In this document: positions 56,362-64,000 of the stretch, piece after piece
Layout of the letters: each line of letters opens with the position of its first letter
Numbering within the stretch: position 1 is the first letter of the stretch
Assembly (NCBI GenBank): GCA_016871675.1
Contig: VHCN01000005.1
Location: 384-64,383 of the forward strand
Direction: 5' to 3'
From: Verrucomicrobiota bacterium
Lineage (GTDB): Bacteria > Verrucomicrobiota > Verrucomicrobiia > Limisphaerales > VHCN01
Length of the DNA: 64,000 nucleotides
Translations under genes and position numbers: made by a program
Notes under the pieces: generated by a model
The model's input: the letters and a program-made list of their open reading frames with translations, nothing else
Databases searched by the model: none
Told to the model about the DNA's origin: nothing

Positions 56362-58029
56362 TCACAGCGCCGTGCAGGTCAGCACTTCGTCCACGGTGGT
56401 TTCGCCGCGGCGGACTTTTTGCCAGCCGTCCTCGCGCAGAAGCCGCAGCCCGGATTCCCGCGCGCACGCCACGAGGCGCGGCGTGGTTTCGCGGACGAGG
56501 ATGCGCGCGGCGATTTCCTCGTTCACCGTCATCAGCTCGAACAATCCCATGCGCCCGCGGAAGCCCGTCTTGCGGCAATGGTCGCAGCCCGCGCCGCGCA
56601 GGAGTTGTTCGCCCGCGCCGAGCATCAGGTCGCGCGGCAGCGTTGCGGCGTCCGGCGAATACGGCGCGCGGCACTTCGGGCATATCTTCCGCACCAGCCG
56701 CTGCGCCATCGAGCCGGTCAACGTGCTCGCGACGAGATATGGCTCCACTCCCATGTCTATGAGCCGCGTTGGGGCGGAGGCCGCGTCGTTCGTGTGCAGT
56801 GTCGAGAGCACGAGATGGCCCGTGAGGGAGGCCTGGATGGCCGCGCGGGCCGTCTCCACGTCGCGGATTTCCCCGATCATCACCACGTCCGGGTCATGGC
56901 GGAGGATCGCGCGCAGGCCAGCCTCGAAGGTCATCCCCACCGCGGCGTTCACGGGGATCTGGTTCACGCCGTGCAGGTGGTATTCCACCGGGTCCTCGAT
57001 CGTGAGCACCTTGAGGCCGGGCCCGATGATTTCGTTGAGCGCGGCGTAAAGCGTCGTGGTCTTGCCGGAACCGGTCGGCCCCGTGACGAGCACGATGCCG
57101 TGCGGCCGGTCGATGAGCAGGCGGAAGCGCGCGTAAGTCTCGTCGTCCATGCCGAGTTGCTGCACGGTGAAGAGCACGTTGGCCTTGTCGAGCAGGCGCA
57201 TGACCACGCCCTCGCCGAAGAGCATCGGGATGACGCTCACGCGCACGTCCACCTGCCGGCGGCCGACGTTGAACTTGATGCGGCCGTCCTGCGGGATGCG
57301 GCGCTCGGTGATGTTCAGGTTCGCCATGATCTTCACGCGGCTGATGATCGCGGCCTGGTAGCGGTGCATCTGCGGCGGCACGGACGCCTCCTGCAGCACG
57401 CCGTCAATGCGGTAGCGGATGGACAGCTCGTGCTCGTAGGGCTCGATGTGGATGTCGCTCGCCCGTTCGTTCACGGCCTCGAGGATGATCTCGTTGACGA
57501 GCTTGATGACGCTCGCCTCCTGCGCCATCTCGAGCAGGTCGTCGGTCGCGTCGCCGGTGACGGCGGCCTCGGGCAGGTCTCCGCCCGCGAGTTCGTCGAG
57601 CGTGTCGCCGCCGAGCCCGTAGTGGAGCTTGATGAGCTTCTCAATGTCGTCGCGCGGCGCGAGGACGGGCTGGATTTGCAGCCCGGTCATCATCCGCACC
57701 TCGTCGAGCGCGTGGAAATCGAACGCGTCGCTCGTTGCCACGCGGAGCAGGCCATCCTCGAGCGCGAGCGGGAGCAGGCGCTTCTTGAAGATGACCTTGA
57801 GCGGCAGCGCGGCGAGCGTCGCGGGCCCGATGGTGACATCCGCGAGGTCGGCCATCGGCAGGCGGAGCTGCTCGGCCATGACCTCGAGCAGTTGCCGTTC
57901 ACTGAGCCAACCGAGTTGCGCGATGGCGCGGTCGAGCCGCAACCCCTGCGCCTGCTGCAGCGCCTGCGCCTCCGCGAGTCGCTCGGCGGAGAGCATGCCT
58001 TTGTCAAGCAGGAGACGGTCGAGAGTCAT
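56362..58029 (-). CDS. gspE: Type II secretion ATPase GspE with an N-terminal MshEN-like domain
   Basis: Walker A VTGPTGSGKTTTLYA, Asp box, Walker B VVMIGEIRD, His box TGHLVLSTLHTND, tetracysteine motif (CPKC...CDHC). The N-terminus carries two 24-aa MshEN-type motifs. Confidence 0.93.
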   Translation of the reverse strand: MTLDRLLLDKGMLSAERLAEAQALQQAQGLRLDRAIAQLGWLSERQLLEVMAEQLRLPMADLADVTIGPATLAALPLKVIFKKRLLPLALEDGLLRVATSDAFDFHALDEVRMMTGLQIQPVLAPRDDIEKLIKLHYGLGGDTLDELAGGDLPEAAVTGDATDDLLEMAQEASVIKLVNEIILEAVNERASDIHIEPYEHELSIRYRIDGVLQEASVPPQMHRYQAAIISRVKIMANLNITERRIPQDGRIKFNVGRRQVDVRVSVIPMLFGEGVVMRLLDKANVLFTVQQLGMDDETYARFRLLIDRPHGIVLVTGPTGSGKTTTLYAALNEIIGPGLKVLTIEDPVEYHLHGVNQIPVNAAVGMTFEAGLRAILRHDPDVVMIGEIRDVETARAAIQASLTGHLVLSTLHTNDAASAPTRLIDMGVEPYLVASTLTGSMAQRLVRKICPKCRAPYSPDAATLPRDLMLGAGEQLLRGAGCDHCRKTGFRGRMGLFELMTVNEEIAARILVRETTPRLVACARESGLRLLREDGWQKVRRGETTVDEVLTCTAL

Positions 58030-58151
58030 CGGTTCCAGGGCAACGCGCCATTCATGGGACGCTGCACTTCAACGCATCATCCACGCGGCGTCACGAAGAA
58101 ACTCGGCCTTCCGCGGCGGGCATCCACGCGCTACCCTCCCGCCGGTCACGC

Positions 58152-59288
58152 ATGAAGATCCGCGACATTCGCTGCGCCGGGCTCCGCGGCGCCACGCCCG
58201 AGGGAGGGTGGAGCAACGAGCTTCGGCCCGAGGACTGCGTCCACACACTGGTCGCGGTGCACACGGACGAAGGTTTGACCGGCCTCGGCTCGGTGTTCAC
58301 GAATGACGCGCTCGTTCGCGCGGCGATCGCGGTGGTTGAACCGCTGTGGCGCGGCGAGAACGCGCTCGAACCCGAGCGCGTGAGCGAAACGCTCCACCAA
58401 AACACCTTCTGGCTCGGGCGCGGCGGGTCCATCACACACGCGATCAGCGGCATCGACATCGCGTTATGGGACTTGCTCGGCAAGGCCACCGGGCAGCCCG
58501 TCGGGCGGTTGCTCGGCGGGCGGCATCGCGAGCGGGTCAAGCCCTACGCCTCCGTGCTCATGGATGAGCCGGAGAAGCTCCGCGACCACTTGCTCGAAGT
58601 GAAGGCGCGGGGATTCCGCGCCTTCAAGATTGGATGGGGCCCCTTCGGTCGCCGCGGGAGTTTTGCTTCCGATGAGGCGATCGTGCGCGCCGCGCGCGAT
58701 GCGGTCAGCGCGGACTCACTTCTCATGGTGGACGCCGGCGCAAGCGACGCCTGGTGGCCCAACGGCTACAAGTGGGCGCTGCGGACTTGCATGATGCTCC
58801 GGGACTACGACGTGCACTGGTTCGAAGAGGCGCTGCTGCCCGACGCGATCGAGGACCACGCGACACTTCGCGAGCATTCCCCCGTGCCGATCGCGGGCGG
58901 CGAGGTGCTCACGCGGCGGCAGTCCTTTCAACCGTGGCTTGAACGGCGCGCGCTCGACATCGTGCAGCCGGATGTCACAAAAGTCGGCGGCATCAGCGAG
59001 GAGCGGCGCATCGCGTGGATGGCGCAGGAGCACGGCGTTCGATTCATCCCGCACGGTTGGAACACGGCGGTCGGGCTTGCGGCGGACCTCCAGCTCGCCT
59101 CCGCGTTTCCCGGCACGGACCTCGTGGAATATCTCACCGGCTCGCCGTTCATCGACGAGATTGCCGCGGGTGGCTGGACACTCGACGCGTCCGGGATGCT
59201 TCCGATTCCCGACGCGCCCGGGCTCGGGCTCGCGCTCGACCCCGACGCCGTGAGGCGCTACACGCGCGGCGAGAAACTCCTCGATTGA
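58152..59288 (+). CDS. Enolase-superfamily enzyme (mandelate racemase / muconate lactonizing enzyme family, sugar-acid dehydratase-like)
   Basis: TDEGLTGLGS, ISGIDIALWDLLGKA, FKIGWGPFG, MVDAGAS, HWFEEAL, IAGGE, DIVQPDVTKVGGISE, HGWNTAVG. Confidence 0.8.
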   Translation: MKIRDIRCAGLRGATPEGGWSNELRPEDCVHTLVAVHTDEGLTGLGSVFTNDALVRAAIAVVEPLWRGENALEPERVSETLHQNTFWLGRGGSITHAISGIDIALWDLLGKATGQPVGRLLGGRHRERVKPYASVLMDEPEKLRDHLLEVKARGFRAFKIGWGPFGRRGSFASDEAIVRAARDAVSADSLLMVDAGASDAWWPNGYKWALRTCMMLRDYDVHWFEEALLPDAIEDHATLREHSPVPIAGGEVLTRRQSFQPWLERRALDIVQPDVTKVGGISEERRIAWMAQEHGVRFIPHGWNTAVGLAADLQLASAFPGTDLVEYLTGSPFIDEIAAGGWTLDASGMLPIPDAPGLGLALDPDAVRRYTRGEKLLD

Positions 59289-59363
59289 TGGTGCGACCGC
59301 GCGCCCCACTCATTCCGTGATTGTCCTTCGCCGCGCCGACCGCTAAACCACCGCACCGTCACG

Positions 59364-59894
59364 ATGACACTCACCCCTGACCGCCGGATGGCGCTCGTCG
59401 CCACAGTCGTGATCGCGGCCGACCAGTTGACGAAGCTGGCCGTGCTGCGCTACCTCGGCTACGCGGAGCAACGCGAAGTCATCGAGGGGTTCTTCCGCTT
59501 CGTCCACTGGGGCAACACCGGCGCGGCGTGGAGCCTTTTTCACGGCAACAACGAGCTGCTCGCCATCGTTTCGCTCGTCGCGCTGCTGGCGCTGTTCCTG
59601 TTTCGCCATCACTTCGAGACGCGCACGTCGCTCGGGCAGGTCGCCCTCGGACTCATGTTCGGTGGCATCGTGGGAAACCTCGCGGACCGGCTCATGGAAT
59701 CGCGCCGGCACGTCGTGGACTTCATCTACTTCTACGTCGAGCGGCGCGGGGGCGGCGAGGTCGGCTTCCCCGCGTTCAATGTCGCGGATAGCGCCATCTG
59801 CATCGGCGTCGGGCTGCTTTTCCTCCTCTCGTGCAAGGCGGAGCCGGCGGCGCCGGCTAAATCCCCGGCACCCGCAGACACGGCGAAGTCCTGA
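59364..59894 (+). CDS. lspA: Lipoprotein signal peptidase (signal peptidase II)
   Basis: DQLTKLAV, FRFVHWGNTGAAWSLF, GGIVGNLADRL, VVDFIYF, FPAFNVADSAICIGVGLL. Confidence 0.9.
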   Translation: MTLTPDRRMALVATVVIAADQLTKLAVLRYLGYAEQREVIEGFFRFVHWGNTGAAWSLFHGNNELLAIVSLVALLALFLFRHHFETRTSLGQVALGLMFGGIVGNLADRLMESRRHVVDFIYFYVERRGGGEVGFPAFNVADSAICIGVGLLFLLSCKAEPAAPAKSPAPADTAKS

Positions 59895-59926
59895 GCCAAT
59901 CACCCGCGCGGCACCACGGGCGCCGG

Positions 59927-60868
59927 ATGCCATCCTCCATCCCCCATCCTTCATCGTCGCCGATTCTGATCGCCGGCCCCACGGCGTCGGGCAAGAGCGC
60001 CGTCGCGCTCGAGATCGCGCAGCGCGTCGGCGGCGAAATCATCTCCGTGGACTCCATGCAGGTCTATCGCGGGCTCGACCTCGGCACGGCCAAGCCCACG
60101 CCGGCCGAGCGGGCGCGGGTCCCGCATCACCTCGTGGATGTCGTGGACCTGGCGGACTCCTTCGACGCCGCGACCTTCCTCCGGCTTGCGGGCGAAGCCG
60201 CAACTCAAATCACCTCGCGGGGCCGGGTGCCGGTCTTCTGCGGCGGGACCGGGCTGTATTTCAAGGCGTGGATCGAAGGGCTTGCGGGCGCACCCGCGCC
60301 CGATCCGGCGCTCCGCGCGGAGCTCGAGGTGACCCCACGCGAGGAACTCCTGCGCGAACTGGAGCAGCGCGACCCCGCGGCGTTCGCGCGAATCGACCGG
60401 AAGAATCCGCGCCGTGTCGTGCGCGCGGTGGAAGTCGTCCGGCTGACAGGCAGGCCCGTCGCGATCGGTCGCGGGCGCGGGCCGCATTGGTCCCATCCGT
60501 CCCCGATACCCGTGCTTTGCCTGCGGCGCGCGGCGCCGGACCTTCGCGCCCGGATTCACGCGCGGGTGGACTCGATGTTTGCGCGCGGTCTCGTGGCTGA
60601 AACCGAGTCGCTGCTCGCGAAGGGTCTCGCGCAGAACCGGACCGCGATGCAGGCGCTCGGCTACCGGCAAGTGGTCGAGCATCTGCACGGCGCCGCAGAC
60701 CTCGCGGCGACCGTCGCGATGGTGAAAACGCGGACGTGGCAATTCGCGCGGCGGCAGATGAGCTGGTTCCGGAATCAGCTCGACGTCGAGTGGCTCGAAG
60801 TCGGCGAGGCGGAGCCGGCGGAATCGGTGGCCGGGCGCGTGCTCGCCGCGGCGGGTCCCGCCGGCTGA
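59927..60868 (+). CDS. miaA: tRNA dimethylallyltransferase
   Basis: ILIAGPTASGKSAVALEIA, IISVDSMQVYRGLDLGTAKPT, PHHLVD, VFCGGTGLYFKA, RRQMSWFR. Confidence 0.92.
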   Translation: MPSSIPHPSSSPILIAGPTASGKSAVALEIAQRVGGEIISVDSMQVYRGLDLGTAKPTPAERARVPHHLVDVVDLADSFDAATFLRLAGEAATQITSRGRVPVFCGGTGLYFKAWIEGLAGAPAPDPALRAELEVTPREELLRELEQRDPAAFARIDRKNPRRVVRAVEVVRLTGRPVAIGRGRGPHWSHPSPIPVLCLRRAAPDLRARIHARVDSMFARGLVAETESLLAKGLAQNRTAMQALGYRQVVEHLHGAADLAATVAMVKTRTWQFARRQMSWFRNQLDVEWLEVGEAEPAESVAGRVLAAAGPAG

Positions 60869-60898
60869 CCCGCGAGCGTCGGCGCCGCCGCCGCCGCG

Positions 60899-62929
60899 TC
60901 ACCGCCGCGCCGGCTTGAGTTCCCACTTCTCGTTGAAGAAATCCGCGGCGGCGATGGCGCCGGGCCAGCGGGAGTTCGGCGGCGTGCGCAAGTCCACCAC
61001 GGCCCAGTCCGGAAGCTTGGGCACCTGCCGCGCGTTGTTGAGGTAATCGTATTCGCGGAATGTGAAGCCGCTGTTGAGCACGACGTAACGATTCGGGTTG
61101 AGCGGGTTCGGGTGGATGAGCACGGGCGCGTGGTGTGCGGCGTCGAAGACTTGCGCGCCCGCGTGCACGCCGGCGGCGGTCCACTGGATCGGGAGCTTGT
61201 CCGCAATGCGCGCGAGGAGCCGGTTGCTCTGTGGGTCGCCCCACAGCACGAGGTTGTGCTGTGCGATGTCGTCGTCCGTGATTGCAGAATCGTGCTTCAC
61301 GCGCGCGTCGCCGCGATACTGTCTCCGCCAATGGTCGATCGCATGCTCGCTCTCGCGCTGGGTCCACCGGCCGACGGTCTCGTTCATCGGCGAACCGCTG
61401 GGCAGCACCATGAGGAAGCTGTCGAGGAACGCGTCGTCCACCGGGCCTTGAAGGCCGTGGCGCTTTGCAAGGGCGGATGGCGGATTGCGGACTGCGGAAT
61501 CGCGGCGTTGTTCCCACTTCCTTCCGTTCTTCACGAAGCTTGCCTGCCAAGAACGGTCGCTCTCGGGCGCGGGCGCGGCGAGTTTGGCGCCGTCGAGCGT
61601 CACGGTGACCTTTTTGTTCAAGGCGAACGGAAACCTGCCCGGCGGAATCGTGAGCGTGAGCGCGGTGACGCCCTTCGTGACGGCTTTGAATCCGTCGTGC
61701 TCGATGTCGGCGTCCACGCGCGCGCGTTCCCAGTGTTCCTCCATGCCGTCGATCGTGACCCAATGCGACTGGTTGTAGCGGAGCGTCCACGTGGTGAACT
61801 TCACCTGCCACGGCAGCGGGTCGCGGCCCTTGGCGGCGATGGCGTCGATGCGGCGGTTGATTTCCGTCTTGGCGGCGGGGTGATAGCTGTGGGCCGTCTT
61901 CGGGCCGATGATGTGGGTGAGCTTGATGCCCTCGGCGGCGAGCGCCTTCTCCATGATGTCGGCGGCCTGCTTTTGCAGGTCGATCTCGCCGCTGTAGGCC
62001 ACGACCGGGAGGTTGAAGAAGTTGGCCGCGTAGTCCGTGCAGTCATACATGTGCCAGAGTTTCTTCTCGAACCACGCGGGCTGGAGCGTCTCGTTCTGGA
62101 ACACCTTCAAGAAGTCCGGCGTCTCGCTGAAGCCCGCGCCGGGCGCCGCCGCGCAGAAGAATCCCGGGAAGTGCGCCGCAAACTGCCAGCATCCGGCGCC
62201 GCCCATCGAGAAGCCGCGGACCACGATGCGGTCGTCGTCCACGGGATAATACTTCCGCGCGTGGCCGAGGGCCTCGAAGAGATCCACTTCGCCGGCGAGT
62301 TTGTTCGCGCAGCAGTAGCGGCCGTAAAGGTGCAGCACGTAGGCGTTGGGCGGGACGAACTGGCCGGGATTCTTCTGCACGCCGTCCATGAACGCGAGTT
62401 CGCTCAGTGTCTCGCCGCGACCGTGAATCCAAAAGTCCATCCGCAGCGGCGCGCCACCCGGCACGAAGCCCGGCGGCACGACCATCCCGTAAGGTTGCAC
62501 GGAGCCGTCGATCCTGGACTGGTAGCCGCGCGCCACAAGGCCGGTCTGCGCGAGCCACGGCGCCTTGCCGTCGCGCAGGGCCGCGGCGCGCTCGCCGCCC
62601 TGCTTGAGGAAGTTGCGCGCCGTGTTGACCTGGTTCGAGTTGTAGAACTCGTCGAAACGCAGCGCCCAGTCGACGGCCTTGTGGTAGATCTGCACGTCGG
62701 GCAGCAGGTCGAGCAGGGCGGGCCTGGACTTGAGGGTGACGCGGAGCGCCTCGATGTCCTTCGCGAGCGCAGCGGCACCGGCGGTGAGTTCGGCTCGCGC
62801 GGCGTCGGGAATCTTGATGCCCGGCGGCGGCACGGGGCGGACCTTGTCGGCGAGGTTGTCCGCGGGGCCGTCCGCGAGCAGCACGGCGGCGACGGCGAGC
62901 GGGAGCGAAAGGAGGAGCGGGCGTTTCAT
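60899..62929 (-). CDS. Exported alpha/beta-hydrolase (prolyl oligopeptidase / esterase-like serine hydrolase)
   Basis: Signal peptide MKRPLLLSLPLAVAAVLLA. Nucleophile elbow GFSMGGAG. HGRGETLSE and YSGEIDLQKQAAD fit an S9/esterase fold. ATG at 62929 preferred to 63148. Confidence 0.6.
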   Translation of the reverse strand: MKRPLLLSLPLAVAAVLLADGPADNLADKVRPVPPPGIKIPDAARAELTAGAAALAKDIEALRVTLKSRPALLDLLPDVQIYHKAVDWALRFDEFYNSNQVNTARNFLKQGGERAAALRDGKAPWLAQTGLVARGYQSRIDGSVQPYGMVVPPGFVPGGAPLRMDFWIHGRGETLSELAFMDGVQKNPGQFVPPNAYVLHLYGRYCCANKLAGEVDLFEALGHARKYYPVDDDRIVVRGFSMGGAGCWQFAAHFPGFFCAAAPGAGFSETPDFLKVFQNETLQPAWFEKKLWHMYDCTDYAANFFNLPVVAYSGEIDLQKQAADIMEKALAAEGIKLTHIIGPKTAHSYHPAAKTEINRRIDAIAAKGRDPLPWQVKFTTWTLRYNQSHWVTIDGMEEHWERARVDADIEHDGFKAVTKGVTALTLTIPPGRFPFALNKKVTVTLDGAKLAAPAPESDRSWQASFVKNGRKWEQRRDSAVRNPPSALAKRHGLQGPVDDAFLDSFLMVLPSGSPMNETVGRWTQRESEHAIDHWRRQYRGDARVKHDSAITDDDIAQHNLVLWGDPQSNRLLARIADKLPIQWTAAGVHAGAQVFDAAHHAPVLIHPNPLNPNRYVVLNSGFTFREYDYLNNARQVPKLPDWAVVDLRTPPNSRWPGAIAAADFFNEKWELKPARR

Positions 62930-62991
62930 GCGCCCGCTTTCATAGAGGAATGCGACGAAGCTCCAAGTCCAAATTTCAGCGGCGCGGACGG

Positions 62992-64000
62992 CTACTTGTT
63001 CGAGGTGACGGCGGGCGTCTCGCGTTTCACGACAAATCGTTCCTCGCGAAGGATCCTGCCCCACTGGTCCACGCCGCGGACGACGAGCGTGTTCTCGCCG
63101 GCGGCGAGCGCGACGTTCGAGAGCCGCCACCGGGTCTCGGCGGGCCATTCGAGCCGGGCCTTGGGTTGCCCGTCCACGATGACCTTGAAGATGCCGTAGG
63201 GCGCGATGCCTTCGAGCGTGATGGTGTCCGAGGCCGTGGCCATCGGCTGCCCGTTGTTGGAAGTGACCTTGAAGTTGACCTTGTAGTTGTCGCCCATGCG
63301 TTGCAGGGCGAACTGCTCGCGCAGGTCAAAGAACCGGCGGTAGGCGGCCATGTCGATGGTGTAGGCCGAGCTGGAGTCCTCCTCCGCGCGCATCCACGCC
63401 TCGATGCGCGGCGAGTTCTTCGTGTAGTTCTCGAGAATCTCGACGAGGTAGTAGTGGAACAGGCGCCGGATGTAGGGCTTGTCGAGCAGGTTGTTCACGT
63501 TGCCGCCCCAGAAGCCCTCCTGCGACTTGGGGTCGAAGCCTCCAAACGCAAAGTCCGCGTCCCACAGCAGGCACATCCAGCGGCCGTCGGTGGACTTGCG
63601 GTAGAAGAAGCAGTTGTGCGCCGTGCCCATGCTGAACGTGTCGCTGTCCTTCGAGTAGCCGCGGACGGCCCAGTTCTTGAGCGTGAGTTCGAGGTCGAAG
63701 ATGCGGTTGATCTCCTCCTCCGTGAACCTGTTCTGTCCGACCGTGCGGAGCATGTGCAGGAGGTTGTTGAAGTTGTCCTCCTCCTCGCCGGTGCGCTTGT
63801 TCCAGATGATGCGGTAGTTGTTGGGGTCGTCGCCGAAATTGGTGTTCAGCGCCGCGGTGCGCTGCGGGCCGCCCGTGTTGTCGTCCTTGTAGTAAAACAT
63901 GTAGGTCGTGCGATAGAGCTCGCCCTGCGCGCCGTCCTTGAAGATGCGGTTCAGGAAATCGTTGTTGAACACCTCGGAGTCTTCCCGGAACTCGAAGTTG
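62992..64000 (-). CDS. CotH-family protein (partial; the 5' part lies beyond the right edge)
   Basis: The frame stays open to the window end. NWAVRGYSKDSDTFSMGTAHNCFFY, LLWDADFAFGG and KPYIRRLFHYYLVEILENY resemble the CotH kinase-like fold. C-terminal Ig-like domain (ITLEGIAPYGIFKVIVDG...). Confidence 0.5.
   Translation of the reverse strand, partial: NFEFREDSEVFNNDFLNRIFKDGAQGELYRTTYMFYYKDDNTGGPQRTAALNTNFGDDPNNYRIIWNKRTGEEEDNFNNLLHMLRTVGQNRFTEEEINRIFDLELTLKNWAVRGYSKDSDTFSMGTAHNCFFYRKSTDGRWMCLLWDADFAFGGFDPKSQEGFWGGNVNNLLDKPYIRRLFHYYLVEILENYTKNSPRIEAWMRAEEDSSSAYTIDMAAYRRFFDLREQFALQRMGDNYKVNFKVTSNNGQPMATASDTITLEGIAPYGIFKVIVDGQPKARLEWPAETRWRLSNVALAAGENTLVVRGVDQWGRILREERFVVKRETPAVTSNK

Noticed and set aside
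58030-58151. Promoter motifs for the divergent gspE operon and the enolase-superfamily gene.
   Set aside because: The region must contain the promoters, but I could not find convincing -35/-10 or -24/-12 hexamers by eye. No promoter feature is called.

Overview
High-GC, densely coding bacterial chromosomal window. I call about 43 CDS and see no rRNA, tRNA, CRISPR array, transposase or integrase. The gene content (an LRR-bearing Ser/Thr kinase, a DUF4159/MoxR module, many exported sulfatase/esterase-type enzymes, A-rich leaders without Shine-Dalgarno sequences) suggests a PVC-superphylum, Verrucomicrobiota-like organism; this is inference only. The left third holds housekeeping genes: lysine 6-aminotransferase, pheA, addB-addA, hisG, and a 33-aa bS22-like ribosomal protein ORF that the ORF track does not list. 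The middle holds five groups: an LpoB-YcfL-COG3014 lipoprotein operon; an island of exported hydrolases; an orphan Pup-ligase/Dop-family gene; parB followed by an Mrp-family ATPase that lacks its CXXC motif; and a TPR-metalloprotease / 2x DUF4159 / MoxR module. The outstanding feature is an 11-gene, ~22-kb minus-strand type II secretion-like operon (36071-58029). Its order is gspE-F-G-H-I-J-K, a GspL-like gene, a GspM/C-like gene, the secretin, then a lipoprotein. The secretin gene is one uninterrupted 11.85-kb ORF (3,950 aa): signal peptide, N0, about 43 tandem secretin-N ring-type modules, and a single C-terminal secretin pore domain. Most long ORFs lying antisense to these genes in the six-frame track are GC-driven shadow ORFs. 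All calls come from reading motifs by eye, start codons are best guesses, and no database search was possible.
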